48,355 nucleotides of DNA from positions 1 through 48,355 of the forward strand of contig JBHIAE010000023.1 in assembly GCA_046758445.1 (NCBI GenBank), in the 5' to 3' direction. The position numbers were made by a program, and so were the translations under genes. Shown here one piece after another: positions 1 through 8,996 of the stretch. The notes below the pieces were generated by a model, which searched no databases, was not told the DNA's origin, and saw only the letters and a program-made list of their open reading frames with translations. Source of the DNA: Candidatus Thorarchaeota archaeon (lineage in GTDB: Archaea > Asgardarchaeota > Thorarchaeia > Thorarchaeales > Thorarchaeaceae). Each line of letters starts with the position of its first letter. The stretch's first letter is position 1.

Positions 1-96
1 ACCCCTCCCACTCTTTCTGTCCGAGTGTTACATCAGTTTTGCAACAGAGCCGCCCAGCTCGTAACGGATTTATTGCCCTCTTGCAACCATGCTGCT

Positions 97-1299
97 ATGA
101 GTTCAAAGACTTCTGATGTGTACTTCGGCTCTGTGCAACATGGAAGGCCGGCGCGGTACGCATCCATTGGGCGCAAGCTTGACAAGATTCTCGAGAAGCT
201 GAATCTCTCCACGATTGAGAAGAAAGACAAGGTCGCAATCAAGATGCACCTCGGATTTCATGAAGGATATCAGACAGTTCCAGTCTTCTTTGTACGCAAG
301 GTAGTCAAAGCAGTGAAGGAGGCAGGCGCGTATCCATTTGTCACTGACAACCCGACTGCCGTCTACAACGCAGTTGATAGAGGATATACCTCAGAAACCT
401 GTGGATGCCCAATCATTCCTGTTGCTGGCGTAAAGGACGGCTACACAAGGACGGTTGAGTTCAACTTTGGCAATGTTGATACTCTTGAACTGGGAGGCGT
501 GTTGCATGATGCTGATGTCCTGATCAATCTCGCACATGCGAAAGGTCACAACTCCTGTGGTTTCGGAGGGGTAATCAAGAACATCGCCCTAGGAGGCTAT
601 CACGGTCCAAGCAGATGGCAGAAGATTCACGGTGTTGAGGCTAGTATTCCATTCTGGGATCCTGACAAATGCACTCCTGAGCATGCGAAGAAACTGGTGG
701 AGAGCTGTGAAGACGAACTAATCAACTATGATAAAGAGAAGCATAAGTTGACGATTGGTTTTGGCATGTGCAACCAATGCATGGAATGTATTGAAGCCGA
801 TACAGATGTTGGCTGTCTTGATATCAAACAGGAGAACTACTCCATGTTTCAAGAGCTAATGGCTAGAGCTGCAAACGAGGTGCTGAAGACGTTTGACGAG
901 AATAAGCAATTCTTCCTTAGCTTTGCAATCGATATCACTGCCACATGCGATTGTTGGGGGATTGGCCAACCGCACGTGGTAAATGACATAGGAGTATTAG
1001 GTAGTAGAGACATAGTGGCCATCGAAACAGCAGCACTCGATCTGATTGGGAAAGAAGGGCTCATTGAAAGCATGATTCCACCCTACTTCAGACATGTCAA
1101 CCTGGACCCTGAAGCAGACCTTCATCCCTTTGCCCGGATACATGGTCCAATGAAGAACCCCTACTTGGTAACTGAGTATTCAGAAGAACTAGGAATGGGT
1201 TCTCGGAAGTACAAGCTCACAGAGGTCCTCCCGGCAGAAGAGATGTTGAAGAAGAAGCCACCCTCAGGAGTATCGGAAGCGGCTCCATCTTTCTTCTAA
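97..1299 (+). CDS. DUF362 family Fe-S protein
   Basis: KVAIKMHLG, HAKGH..GFGGVIKNIALG, CNQCMEC and CDCW..DIGVLGSRDIVAIETA motifs. ATG at 97 preferred over GTG at 25. Confidence 0.85.
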   Translation: MSSKTSDVYFGSVQHGRPARYASIGRKLDKILEKLNLSTIEKKDKVAIKMHLGFHEGYQTVPVFFVRKVVKAVKEAGAYPFVTDNPTAVYNAVDRGYTSETCGCPIIPVAGVKDGYTRTVEFNFGNVDTLELGGVLHDADVLINLAHAKGHNSCGFGGVIKNIALGGYHGPSRWQKIHGVEASIPFWDPDKCTPEHAKKLVESCEDELINYDKEKHKLTIGFGMCNQCMECIEADTDVGCLDIKQENYSMFQELMARAANEVLKTFDENKQFFLSFAIDITATCDCWGIGQPHVVNDIGVLGSRDIVAIETAALDLIGKEGLIESMIPPYFRHVNLDPEADLHPFARIHGPMKNPYLVTEYSEELGMGSRKYKLTEVLPAEEMLKKKPPSGVSEAAPSFF

Positions 1300-1380
1300 G
1301 GCGATTCTGGTGAGCTTAAGTATTGCCAGGTTGACTATGAGATTGGAGCAAACAGAGACGAGAAACTCTGCATACGACAT

Positions 1381-1397
1381 AATAACCTTTAATATAT
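1381..1397 (+). promoter_or_regulatory. Putative archaeal BRE/TATA promoter
   Basis: AATAACCTTTAATATAT in an AT-rich intergenic stretch upstream of the 1424 ORF. Confidence 0.45.
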
Positions 1398-1423
1398 TCT
1401 ACTAACATAGAGTAGATTGAGCG

Positions 1424-1900
1424 TTGCTCAAAGGAGCAGATAGAATAGGTGTGACTCAGTTGACAGAAACCCCAACGCCCGAAGAGAGGCTAAGAAGGTA
1501 CAAGGAGTATCTTGCTAGTCTTCATTCTCTGGCGAACAATGGGCGGCCGCTTGACTCGCGACCTACACCTAACATCTCTAATTCTGCTCCCAAGTCAGCT
1601 CCTGTCAAAAAAGAACTCGTGGATGCCCTTGCCGTTCTTGTCCAAAGTAAGGGGAAGAACCAGACAGGAAATGCGAAGAAGAGTCCAAAAAAGAATGTCA
1701 TTCTCAAGGTGAAGGAGCGCGCAATTGAGTCCTCACTCCAAGAGATACGTGACGAACGAAGACTCCTTGAGAGAAAGCTAGACCGTGGAGTGATTGATCA
1801 GGCAGAATATGAGCGTCAGATTCAGAAGCTGGTCAAGCGAGGCCAAGCGCTGCTGCGAGAACAGGCCCTCGTCACGGATAGGCTGAACGGCAAACCTTAG
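1424..1900 (+). CDS. Hypothetical helical protein with C-terminal SHOCT-like segment
   Basis: LERKLDRGVIDQAEYERQIQKL resembles SHOCT. Real start may be GTG at 1451. Confidence 0.6.
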   Translation: MLKGADRIGVTQLTETPTPEERLRRYKEYLASLHSLANNGRPLDSRPTPNISNSAPKSAPVKKELVDALAVLVQSKGKNQTGNAKKSPKKNVILKVKERAIESSLQEIRDERRLLERKLDRGVIDQAEYERQIQKLVKRGQALLREQALVTDRLNGKP

Positions 1901-1976
1901 TCGTATTTCGTTTCGCTTAGTCCCGCAATTTGTAACGCCATCTCTTTATCTGGGTGTCACTACATCTCAGGAAGGG

Positions 1977-2594
1977 ATGAAGCCAGATAATCCAATCAGA
2001 ATTCTTTGCTTCGGGGATAGCCTCACAGCTGGTACTCCGGGGTACGATCCGGTGTACGGAGGGGACCTGCGTTTCCAATATGGCTACTGGCTTCTTCGGT
2101 TCGCAGAGTCGTTTGGCGTCACCAATCTTAGCTTCAGAAATCATGGAGTTCCCGGAGACCTGGCAGCGGCCATGCCTGACAGGCTTGCTAGGGCTCTTGA
2201 ATCGGGCAAATATGAAGTCATAATCATCTTGGCTGGGTCTAATGATCTTGGTTGGAATTATCCTGCTGAGTCTGTCCATGCATCACTACGCCGCCTTTGG
2301 GACATCGCAAGATCCGGAAACCACGCGTTGGTGACTTGCACTGTCCCGCCAATTGCTGCTGTATATCCACTAATTCAGAAAGGGCAGAGATACCTAAACA
2401 GGATGATTCTGAGTAATGTCAGTGATGAACGGAACACAATCTGTGTCAATGTATTCGCAGTCCTTGCCGACGAAAGAGGACTTCTCCCCTCAGAGTATGA
2501 TTCTGGTGATGGCCTTCACTTCAGCCTAAAGGGGTACAGGCGACTAGGCGAAGTGATTTGGGATGAGGGTGTGAGAAGACTACTAGACGATTGA
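1977..2594 (+). CDS. SGNH/GDSL hydrolase
   Basis: FGDSLTAG, GVPG, GSND and DGLHF blocks. Confidence 0.92.
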   Translation: MKPDNPIRILCFGDSLTAGTPGYDPVYGGDLRFQYGYWLLRFAESFGVTNLSFRNHGVPGDLAAAMPDRLARALESGKYEVIIILAGSNDLGWNYPAESVHASLRRLWDIARSGNHALVTCTVPPIAAVYPLIQKGQRYLNRMILSNVSDERNTICVNVFAVLADERGLLPSEYDSGDGLHFSLKGYRRLGEVIWDEGVRRLLDD

Positions 2595-2604
2595 CCCCAT
2601 TCCC

Positions 2605-3618
2605 ATGAGTCTTGGTGGACTTCTACAGCGCGTCAATGCAATGGAATCACAGAAAAGGGGAAAAGGCGGCCTACTTTCTGCAAGACTAGATTCCGGGAGG
2701 CTGAATGTGCTGTCCAAGCGTCGCTCTGGAAAGACCCGTACGAGGCGCATGTCAGAGCAGGCATACTTGGACAGGGTATGTGATTTGAGCAGGCGCGGGT
2801 CGATGGACGCCATTGCTGAACTCATGAAAGGATACTGGAAAGACAAGAAGGCGCATCCATGGCATCGATTGTACAAGATACTCGACAATGAATGGAAGAG
2901 GACACATGAGAAGGACTCTGTCACTGAGAAGCTGATGCTGCTTAGGGAAGGAGTGTTCGGGGCACTCGGAATTCTCTCGCTCAGCCTGCCTTTGAACACA
3001 CCCACAGAAAGAATCCTACAGGTTCTGACTCGTGCAAAGAGCTGGAAGGAGGGTAGGCGAAACGTCAGGACCGAGTGTGCAAAGATTGTTTCGGATATGA
3101 TATCTTCAAGAGATGTCGCACACTTGATTCCCTCCGCGCTCCAAAGGGACGGATATGGATTCTTGACCGCGGACCTCTCAGAGGCACTCCTAGAAGACTT
3201 AAGGAGAGCGGAACCAAAGGCACGAAAGGGCAGTGTAAGCCTAGGGCGCCTGGCAAAGTCAGTCTTGGGTCGTCGCCTCCTAGAGGAACAAATGATTCAC
3301 GAGAAGAAGATTCCCGAGAAGGATCCTCGCTTCAGCCCTTTGTCTCAGGCATACGACCAGTTGCTCCTGAAGATGGAGTTGGAGGAAACGTCGGCCTTGC
3401 CAAGAAACACCCTCCAAATAACTCTCAATGGTCAGATTGTGCAGGACATCGCAGAAGCCAGATACTCCAGATATTCGACGGCAGCACAGGAGGGCGTGCA
3501 ATCTTCTCTCACTGAGTACTTAAAGGCAAACCAGAAGAAGAAGAGGCGTTCACCAGTCAAGAAGAAGAAACCGAGCCGCGGGCGCAAGAAGAGGTCGACC
3601 AAGGGAGGCAAGAAGTAG
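2605..3618 (+). CDS. Hypothetical basic protein with C-terminal PIP-box-like motif and Lys/Arg tail
   Basis: 337-aa ORF ending QSSLTEYL-KANQKKKRRSPVKKKKPSRGRKKRSTKGGKK. Confidence 0.75.
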   Translation: MSLGGLLQRVNAMESQKRGKGGLLSARLDSGRLNVLSKRRSGKTRTRRMSEQAYLDRVCDLSRRGSMDAIAELMKGYWKDKKAHPWHRLYKILDNEWKRTHEKDSVTEKLMLLREGVFGALGILSLSLPLNTPTERILQVLTRAKSWKEGRRNVRTECAKIVSDMISSRDVAHLIPSALQRDGYGFLTADLSEALLEDLRRAEPKARKGSVSLGRLAKSVLGRRLLEEQMIHEKKIPEKDPRFSPLSQAYDQLLLKMELEETSALPRNTLQITLNGQIVQDIAEARYSRYSTAAQEGVQSSLTEYLKANQKKKRRSPVKKKKPSRGRKKRSTKGGKK

Positions 3619-3619
3619 T

Positions 3620-5125
3620 ATGAGTCCTGCCGCCCCCGACTTTGGAAGCCTTGAAGCAAAGAAGCTCAAAGAAATGCGTGAAGTTGCATGGAACTTGGAG
3701 TCAGTGAACCAAGACAAGATGTACGGGGCGGCTCAGACTCTTTCTATGTACACCGTCAACCGAACCCTTCTACCCAAAGGGATGACACTGCTACAAGTCG
3801 AAGACGTATTTATACGAAAGCTAATGGTCCGCGCAGTTGGTAGGAGTGTCTACGGTGAGTACATCAAGGAGTTCTTTGGTTCAATCTCCTCACTTCCGCC
3901 TGCTGAGGTAGCTCAAGTCCTTCAGAGCATAAGAGAGGCATTCAGGGAGAATGGCTCACCAGTTTCTCCCAGTGAGCAGAAACGATGGATTAAGACGCTC
4001 GAAACACTTGGTCGGGAGCATCAGCCAGGAGTCTTGGAGTTGATGGCAGCACTGGGCAGTGCAGGTGTTCGATGGACCAAGAAGCTGATCAGGGATGACA
4101 TACAGGATCTCAATATCGGAGCAATAGCCAGTATTCAAGAGTTTGACGAGAAGCCCCGTAAAGCAATAGTAGGATTGCTATGTGAGGAAGCCGCCGAGAA
4201 GAAACGTGACCTTCTGGTCTACATCGCAGGTCTTGTAGATACAAAGACAGTGGGCTTCCTCAAATCGTTCCTTAGTGGAGGCAAGTGGCAAGAACGCAAG
4301 GAAGTTGCATCGACAATCGGAAGAGTGGGAGTCACCTCTAGCTCCGGAATCGTAAGAGCCGTGCTGAATGATCCAGATTGGAGAGTCAAGCAAGCACTAA
4401 TCGAGAGCGTTGACATTGGACAGTCGCGTTTCAATAGTCTTCAGAGAATTCTGGAGATCTTCGTTGCTGATTCTCACAAGCGTGTCCATGGTTCCGCAAG
4501 AAGACTGCTGCTAAGACTGGGAAATGAACCCTGTTTGGATTCAGCTGTGGGAGCTCAACGCGAGAGACTGATGAAGCGGTTTAGGGACCAACTTCTGAAG
4601 GCAGCATCTTCGAACAAGGACATTGACTCGACATGGTTGGGAGTTGAACTCCCAGACAAGGGTGTCATACCTTTCATCGAGGCGGAAGACACACTAGATG
4701 TTTCTCAACCGCAGCCAGTCGGTATCCAAGACTTCGAGGTGATAGCGCCTTCAGATTCTGAGGCCCCTAGCTCGGCGGCTGGCATTGACCTTCGAGAAGC
4801 GCTCCTAAGAAAGATGCTGGAATCAAAGGAAAGCTCGGTTCCGCCAATCATAATCGATGAGCCCCAAAGTGCACCAGAACCCACCACTGCTCCCGACGAG
4901 ATTGATTTGGCGCTCCCTCCGCCAGCCAGGTTCCTTGCACTCTTGGACAAACTCTCCGCTAGTCTTGGGAAGTCCGTTCCACTTGTGATAATGCGCGTCA
5001 AGTCTGTAGAGATCCAGATGTCGACAGAGGAGTTTGACAAGATTCAGGAACAGCTGGTGAAAGAAGGAACGGTGTACATGGTAGACGAGGAAACAGTCAG
5101 ACGCGTGGATGTGTCCACCGAGTAG
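3620..5125 (+). CDS. HEAT-repeat protein with acidic/Pro linker and C-terminal winged helix
   Basis: HEAT motifs (KWQERKEVASTIG, LNDPDWRVKQALIE, ADSHKRVHGSA). C-terminus MSTEEFDKIQEQLVKEGTVY resembles RPA32C/MCM-C winged helices. Confidence 0.7.
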   Translation: MSPAAPDFGSLEAKKLKEMREVAWNLESVNQDKMYGAAQTLSMYTVNRTLLPKGMTLLQVEDVFIRKLMVRAVGRSVYGEYIKEFFGSISSLPPAEVAQVLQSIREAFRENGSPVSPSEQKRWIKTLETLGREHQPGVLELMAALGSAGVRWTKKLIRDDIQDLNIGAIASIQEFDEKPRKAIVGLLCEEAAEKKRDLLVYIAGLVDTKTVGFLKSFLSGGKWQERKEVASTIGRVGVTSSSGIVRAVLNDPDWRVKQALIESVDIGQSRFNSLQRILEIFVADSHKRVHGSARRLLLRLGNEPCLDSAVGAQRERLMKRFRDQLLKAASSNKDIDSTWLGVELPDKGVIPFIEAEDTLDVSQPQPVGIQDFEVIAPSDSEAPSSAAGIDLREALLRKMLESKESSVPPIIIDEPQSAPEPTTAPDEIDLALPPPARFLALLDKLSASLGKSVPLVIMRVKSVEIQMSTEEFDKIQEQLVKEGTVYMVDEETVRRVDVSTE

Positions 5126-5194
5126 CGGCTCCAAGAAGTAAGAAAAGACTAATCAGCACCAAACATTTGTACTTCTCCACAGGAGGAAGGCAAC

Positions 5195-6529
5195 ATGTCC
5201 GAGCGCACTCTAATACGACGCGGACTCGTTGTGACCGGCGACGAGAAAGGAAGAGTTTTCTCTAATGGATATGTCCTGTTTGAGGGAAACAAGATCCTGG
5301 AAGTCGGTTCAGGAAAGCCAAGGGAATCTGCCGACAATGTGGTTGATGCAAAGGGTAGTCTTGTGATTCCAGGTCTGATCACTGCGCATACACATCTTTA
5401 CGGGATCCTGCTTAGAGGCGCAACCTTGAACATTGACCCCCCTACAGACTTCGCTCAGATTCTACAGCGAGTCTGGTGGCCTTTGGATGAGAAGCTGACG
5501 CTTGAGGATGCCAAAGCAAGTGCGCTTTCCGCATCTGCTGACATGCTTAGGAACGGGTCCACGTTCTTTGCCGACACTTACTCTGGTCCAAATTCGATAA
5601 AGGGTAGCCTGGATGCAATAGCTGACGCAGCCAATCAAATAGGCATTCGCTCGATGTTGGCATTCGAGATGACTGAGCGTGACAGTCCCAAGAATGGTCA
5701 GCGAGGTCTGAGTGAGAATGTAAGATTTGCGAAACGTGCCATGTCTGAGAACCTAGTTCAAATGATGGTCAGCATTCATGCCTCGTTCACCGTCACCGAC
5801 GAGCTAATTCTCAAGGCGGTGGAGGAAGCACGCAAACTAGAAGTTCCCATTACAATCCACACGTCGGAAGGTCTTGTGGACCTTTACCACAACTTGGAGA
5901 AATACGGAGAGCGGACGGTAGAAAGATTGGCCCGACTAGGAGTGCTTGCTCCTCGAACTGTGCTCGCGCACTGCGTTCATGTAGACGACATTGAGCTCGA
6001 CCTCATCGCCATGCACGGAGCTGCAGTGGCTCACAATCCTATGAGCAATATGCTCAATGCCGTCGGTACTGCGCCAGTCCCGGAGATGCTGAAGAAGGAG
6101 ATTCCAGTTGGCCTGGGGAACGATGGGTGGATCTATGATCCCTTTGAGAACATGAGATGTGCACTCACGGTCCACAGACTTGCGACAAACGATCCCAGCA
6201 TCATAGGTCCCGAAGAAGTGTTCAGAATGGCCACACTCAGTGGCGCGAAGTGTTACGGGCTTGAGAACTCTATTGGCAGTCTCGAGGCTGGCAAGAGTGC
6301 AGACGTCGTGATTCTCGATGCGACAAGAGTCCCAACACCATTGACCCCAGAGTCCGCTGTGGGTCATATCGTGAATACGTTCGGAGGTCGTGACGTCTCT
6401 AAGGTGTTCGTTGACGGAGTCCTTGTTGTTGACGAAGGAAGACTAACTCTGACTCCAGACGAGGAGGTCTCTCGAATATCAAGGGAGGCTTCAGAGAGCC
6501 TTTGGGAAAGACTTACGGGCCCTGAGTGA
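5195..6529 (+). CDS. Amidohydrolase (SsnA/MtaD/AtzA-like deaminase)
   Basis: PGLITAHTH, IHTSE, LAHCVH, GLGND, GSLEAGKSAD; RBS GGAGG upstream. Confidence 0.92.
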   Translation: MSERTLIRRGLVVTGDEKGRVFSNGYVLFEGNKILEVGSGKPRESADNVVDAKGSLVIPGLITAHTHLYGILLRGATLNIDPPTDFAQILQRVWWPLDEKLTLEDAKASALSASADMLRNGSTFFADTYSGPNSIKGSLDAIADAANQIGIRSMLAFEMTERDSPKNGQRGLSENVRFAKRAMSENLVQMMVSIHASFTVTDELILKAVEEARKLEVPITIHTSEGLVDLYHNLEKYGERTVERLARLGVLAPRTVLAHCVHVDDIELDLIAMHGAAVAHNPMSNMLNAVGTAPVPEMLKKEIPVGLGNDGWIYDPFENMRCALTVHRLATNDPSIIGPEEVFRMATLSGAKCYGLENSIGSLEAGKSADVVILDATRVPTPLTPESAVGHIVNTFGGRDVSKVFVDGVLVVDEGRLTLTPDEEVSRISREASESLWERLTGPE

Positions 6530-6614
6530 TAGTGAAGTAGAAAAAGTAGACTTAGCTCCTTCTCCTTACAGCTACCAGACAACAACCGTTTTCAGTGGGA
6601 AAACGTCGGCGAAG

Positions 6615-7559
6615 TTGGTGCTTTCTCTGAACCCGGAATTCACGTACAATCAGCCAATCTTTGACACACATTGTCACATAGTGGATAATGAGTCGTTGGA
6701 CCTCATGGTCCGGATTCAAGAGAAGTACGGTGTCCAGAGGGCTGTACTAATCAGTCACAGCCCGAGCGCCATGAAATATGCCAAGGCCAGGTATCCAGGT
6801 CGTTTCGTCTATGCCAAGTACTTCGCTGGAACAATGCGGTTCACAGAAGGAGTCGAATCTCTGGCACGAGAGATTCGAACTCTCAAGCAAGAGGGATACG
6901 ACCTAGCCAAGATGCAGTCTGCGCCTGTGATGCGAGCGCGTGCCAAAGCCGATACTGATGAACTTAGGCTCCATGAGGTTGCCATGGCGCCCATGTTTGA
7001 TGCTGTGAAAGATGAAGGAATCCCCTTCATACTCCACTTGTCCGATCCTGATACGTACTATGCCACACGGTACAATGATTCAGGGTACTTCGGCACCAAG
7101 GAGAGGGACTTGGAAGAGCTAGAAGGAGTGATCTCCCGATACCCTGAGATTCAGTTTCAGATAGCGCACTTTGCGGCGCAGCCAGAGTTGCACCGCCTTG
7201 ACAACCTTGCTCGATGGTTTGACACATATCCCAACTTCAACGTGGACACGAGCTCAGCTAGATGGATGAGCAGAGAGCTGAGCAAGGACCCTGACAAGGC
7301 ATCCAAGTTTCTGACAAAGTACAGCAATCGCATTCATTTTGGAACAGATTGTGTCGCCTACACGGACGATGTCAGCTACTACCAAGGGCGGTATTCCGCG
7401 CTCAGAATCCTCTTCGAGAGTGATGTCCGCAACACGCCTCTCCCCTTTCGAGACTCTGACACTGTCAGTAGTGGTGGCACAATCATCAACGGTCTGTCAC
7501 TAGACCACTCAGTCCTGAAACAGATATACTGGGACAACGCTTATGGATTCTATGGCTGA
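6615..7559 (+). CDS. Amidohydrolase_2 family protein
   Basis: IFDTHCH, ILH, IAHF, VDTS, FGTD, YWDNA. Confidence 0.85.
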   Translation: MVLSLNPEFTYNQPIFDTHCHIVDNESLDLMVRIQEKYGVQRAVLISHSPSAMKYAKARYPGRFVYAKYFAGTMRFTEGVESLAREIRTLKQEGYDLAKMQSAPVMRARAKADTDELRLHEVAMAPMFDAVKDEGIPFILHLSDPDTYYATRYNDSGYFGTKERDLEELEGVISRYPEIQFQIAHFAAQPELHRLDNLARWFDTYPNFNVDTSSARWMSRELSKDPDKASKFLTKYSNRIHFGTDCVAYTDDVSYYQGRYSALRILFESDVRNTPLPFRDSDTVSSGGTIINGLSLDHSVLKQIYWDNAYGFYG

Positions 7560-7628
7560 TCTCCGTAGCCATCATCTAGTTGTAGAGAAACATAGTTTCT
7601 GATACCACAAGGAAAAGAGGAAGGCCCC

Positions 7629-7685
7629 CCTCCCGCCGGGAACTGAACCCGGGTCCCAAGGTTCACAATCCTGAGTATTGGACCT
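7629..7685 (-). pseudogene. tRNA-like 3' fragment (anticodon GTG, His-like) lacking a matching 5' acceptor strand
   Basis: Minus strand GGTCCAATACT-CAGGA-TTGTGAA-CCTTG-GGAC-CCGGG-TTCAGTT-CCCGG-CGGGAGG: perfect T-stem, imperfect anticodon stem, canonical spacing. Confidence 0.55.
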
Positions 7686-7695
7686 TCCAAGATGT

Positions 7696-8439
7696 TCAGG
7701 TTCGTGCTGATTGGAGTATTCTCCTCTGGAAGAAGAAGCCTATCAGCATGAGATACCAGGCGATTGTGTGTGTGCCGACTATCGCTACACCTGTTTCACT
7801 GAAGAACGAGTTCCAACCGGGCCACTGCAGCATCTGCGAAAGGCCAAGCACTGCCTCCCCGATGAACCAGAACAGAAGACCGATTAGAACAACCCATATC
7901 CACATCACTTGTGGGGATCCACGAATTCTATCCTTTCGAGTGTAGACATATGTGGCATATAGAGGTATCAGGGCCATGTAGAGCACAGCGAGGACTAGTC
8001 CTGTGACCAGCCATGCGGGACCATACATAGTGATGTCAGTAGAGAATGCACTGAACATGAGAGTCTCATAGACGATTGGCCCTATGAGTACGACAATGAT
8101 TGCCCATTTACGCTCGCTGAAGAAGTTAGGAAAGGCCCACATTATCACGTATATTATGAGGAAGGCCAGATAGGCTCCTCTCAATCCGAAATCAACATAG
8201 CGGCCCCAGGCTGTCCAAGCACCTGCGGCGAGCATTCCGTATCGCTCCATTGTGACAGTCAATAGTGTTCCTGCGAAGCACAAGGCGACCAGAAACTGCA
8301 GAAATGAGAGAGTCCTGCTTCTACGAGTGCCGGCAAGGCTGCCCCATAACGTTAGAAGTACTACTAGGACGACCGGAATCATCTCCAAAAGTGATAGGCT
8401 GTTTACTATAAGTTCAAACTGCATCGAAACATCCTCCAT
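7696..8439 (-). CDS. Polytopic (~7 TM) membrane protein
   Basis: About seven hydrophobic segments. Likely start at MQFEL (8424) after GGAGG. Confidence 0.75.
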   Translation of the reverse strand: MEDVSMQFELIVNSLSLLEMIPVVLVVLLTLWGSLAGTRRSRTLSFLQFLVALCFAGTLLTVTMERYGMLAAGAWTAWGRYVDFGLRGAYLAFLIIYVIMWAFPNFFSERKWAIIVVLIGPIVYETLMFSAFSTDITMYGPAWLVTGLVLAVLYMALIPLYATYVYTRKDRIRGSPQVMWIWVVLIGLLFWFIGEAVLGLSQMLQWPGWNSFFSETGVAIVGTHTIAWYLMLIGFFFQRRILQSART

Positions 8440-8646
8440 GCAGGCATGTTGTTGATAACAAGCGTTAATCCAACATCCTCCACGTAGACATCCAGTTGGG
8501 AAACCGATATTTAAGTTGATTCAAAATCGAATCGTACTCCCCTTCTATTCTTCAAAACGCAACTTAGATGCACAAATGCGAATCGAAGCAAGAGAGTCAC
8601 TATACGCTCACGTCTGTCCGGAATCGTGAGAGGGATACATGTCATG

Positions 8647-8946
8647 TCACCTTGGCTTTTTCTTGCGACTTCTGGCGGGCTTCAGAAAGTCAGTCAGTGA
8701 GCTCTGTTGGATCTGACCCAGCTTCCAGCCCCCGCCCTCAGGGTCTCTCTCCACGACGTTCTCCCGTTCCATGTTACGGAGGTGATAGAGGACGGTCCCG
8801 GCAGTCACTCGTACCTGACCGGCAATCTCTGACACTGAGCACCACTTGTCCGTGTTGAGTACTTGGATGATCTCGCTTCGTGTAGCAAGTCCTCTCCTGA
8901 CATTGCGAATCCAATGCAAGTACGCTCTTCGGTCGATGCTCAGCAT
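8647..8946 (-). CDS. Winged-HTH (ArsR-like) protein with C-terminal PIP box/PIP-degron-like motif
   Basis: SVSEIAGQVRVTAGTVLYHLRNMERENVV HTH; ends QSSLTDFLKPARSRKKKPR. Confidence 0.85.
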   Translation of the reverse strand: MLSIDRRAYLHWIRNVRRGLATRSEIIQVLNTDKWCSVSEIAGQVRVTAGTVLYHLRNMERENVVERDPEGGGWKLGQIQQSSLTDFLKPARSRKKKPR

Positions 8947-8996
8947 GTCCTACCCAAGAACGGAAGAACCCAAGCTGAGATTTATGTTTCTCTTAC

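Noticed and set aside
4780-4822. IDLREALLRKM as a WH2-like actin-binding helix
   Set aside because: No LKKT-like motif follows; too short to support
7696-8439. Rhodopsin
   Set aside because: No retinal-binding Lys in the last helix
8429-8491. 11-bp direct repeat AACATCCTCCA (TGGAGGATGTT on the minus strand)
   Set aside because: Only two copies and one is explained as the RBS; could be chance
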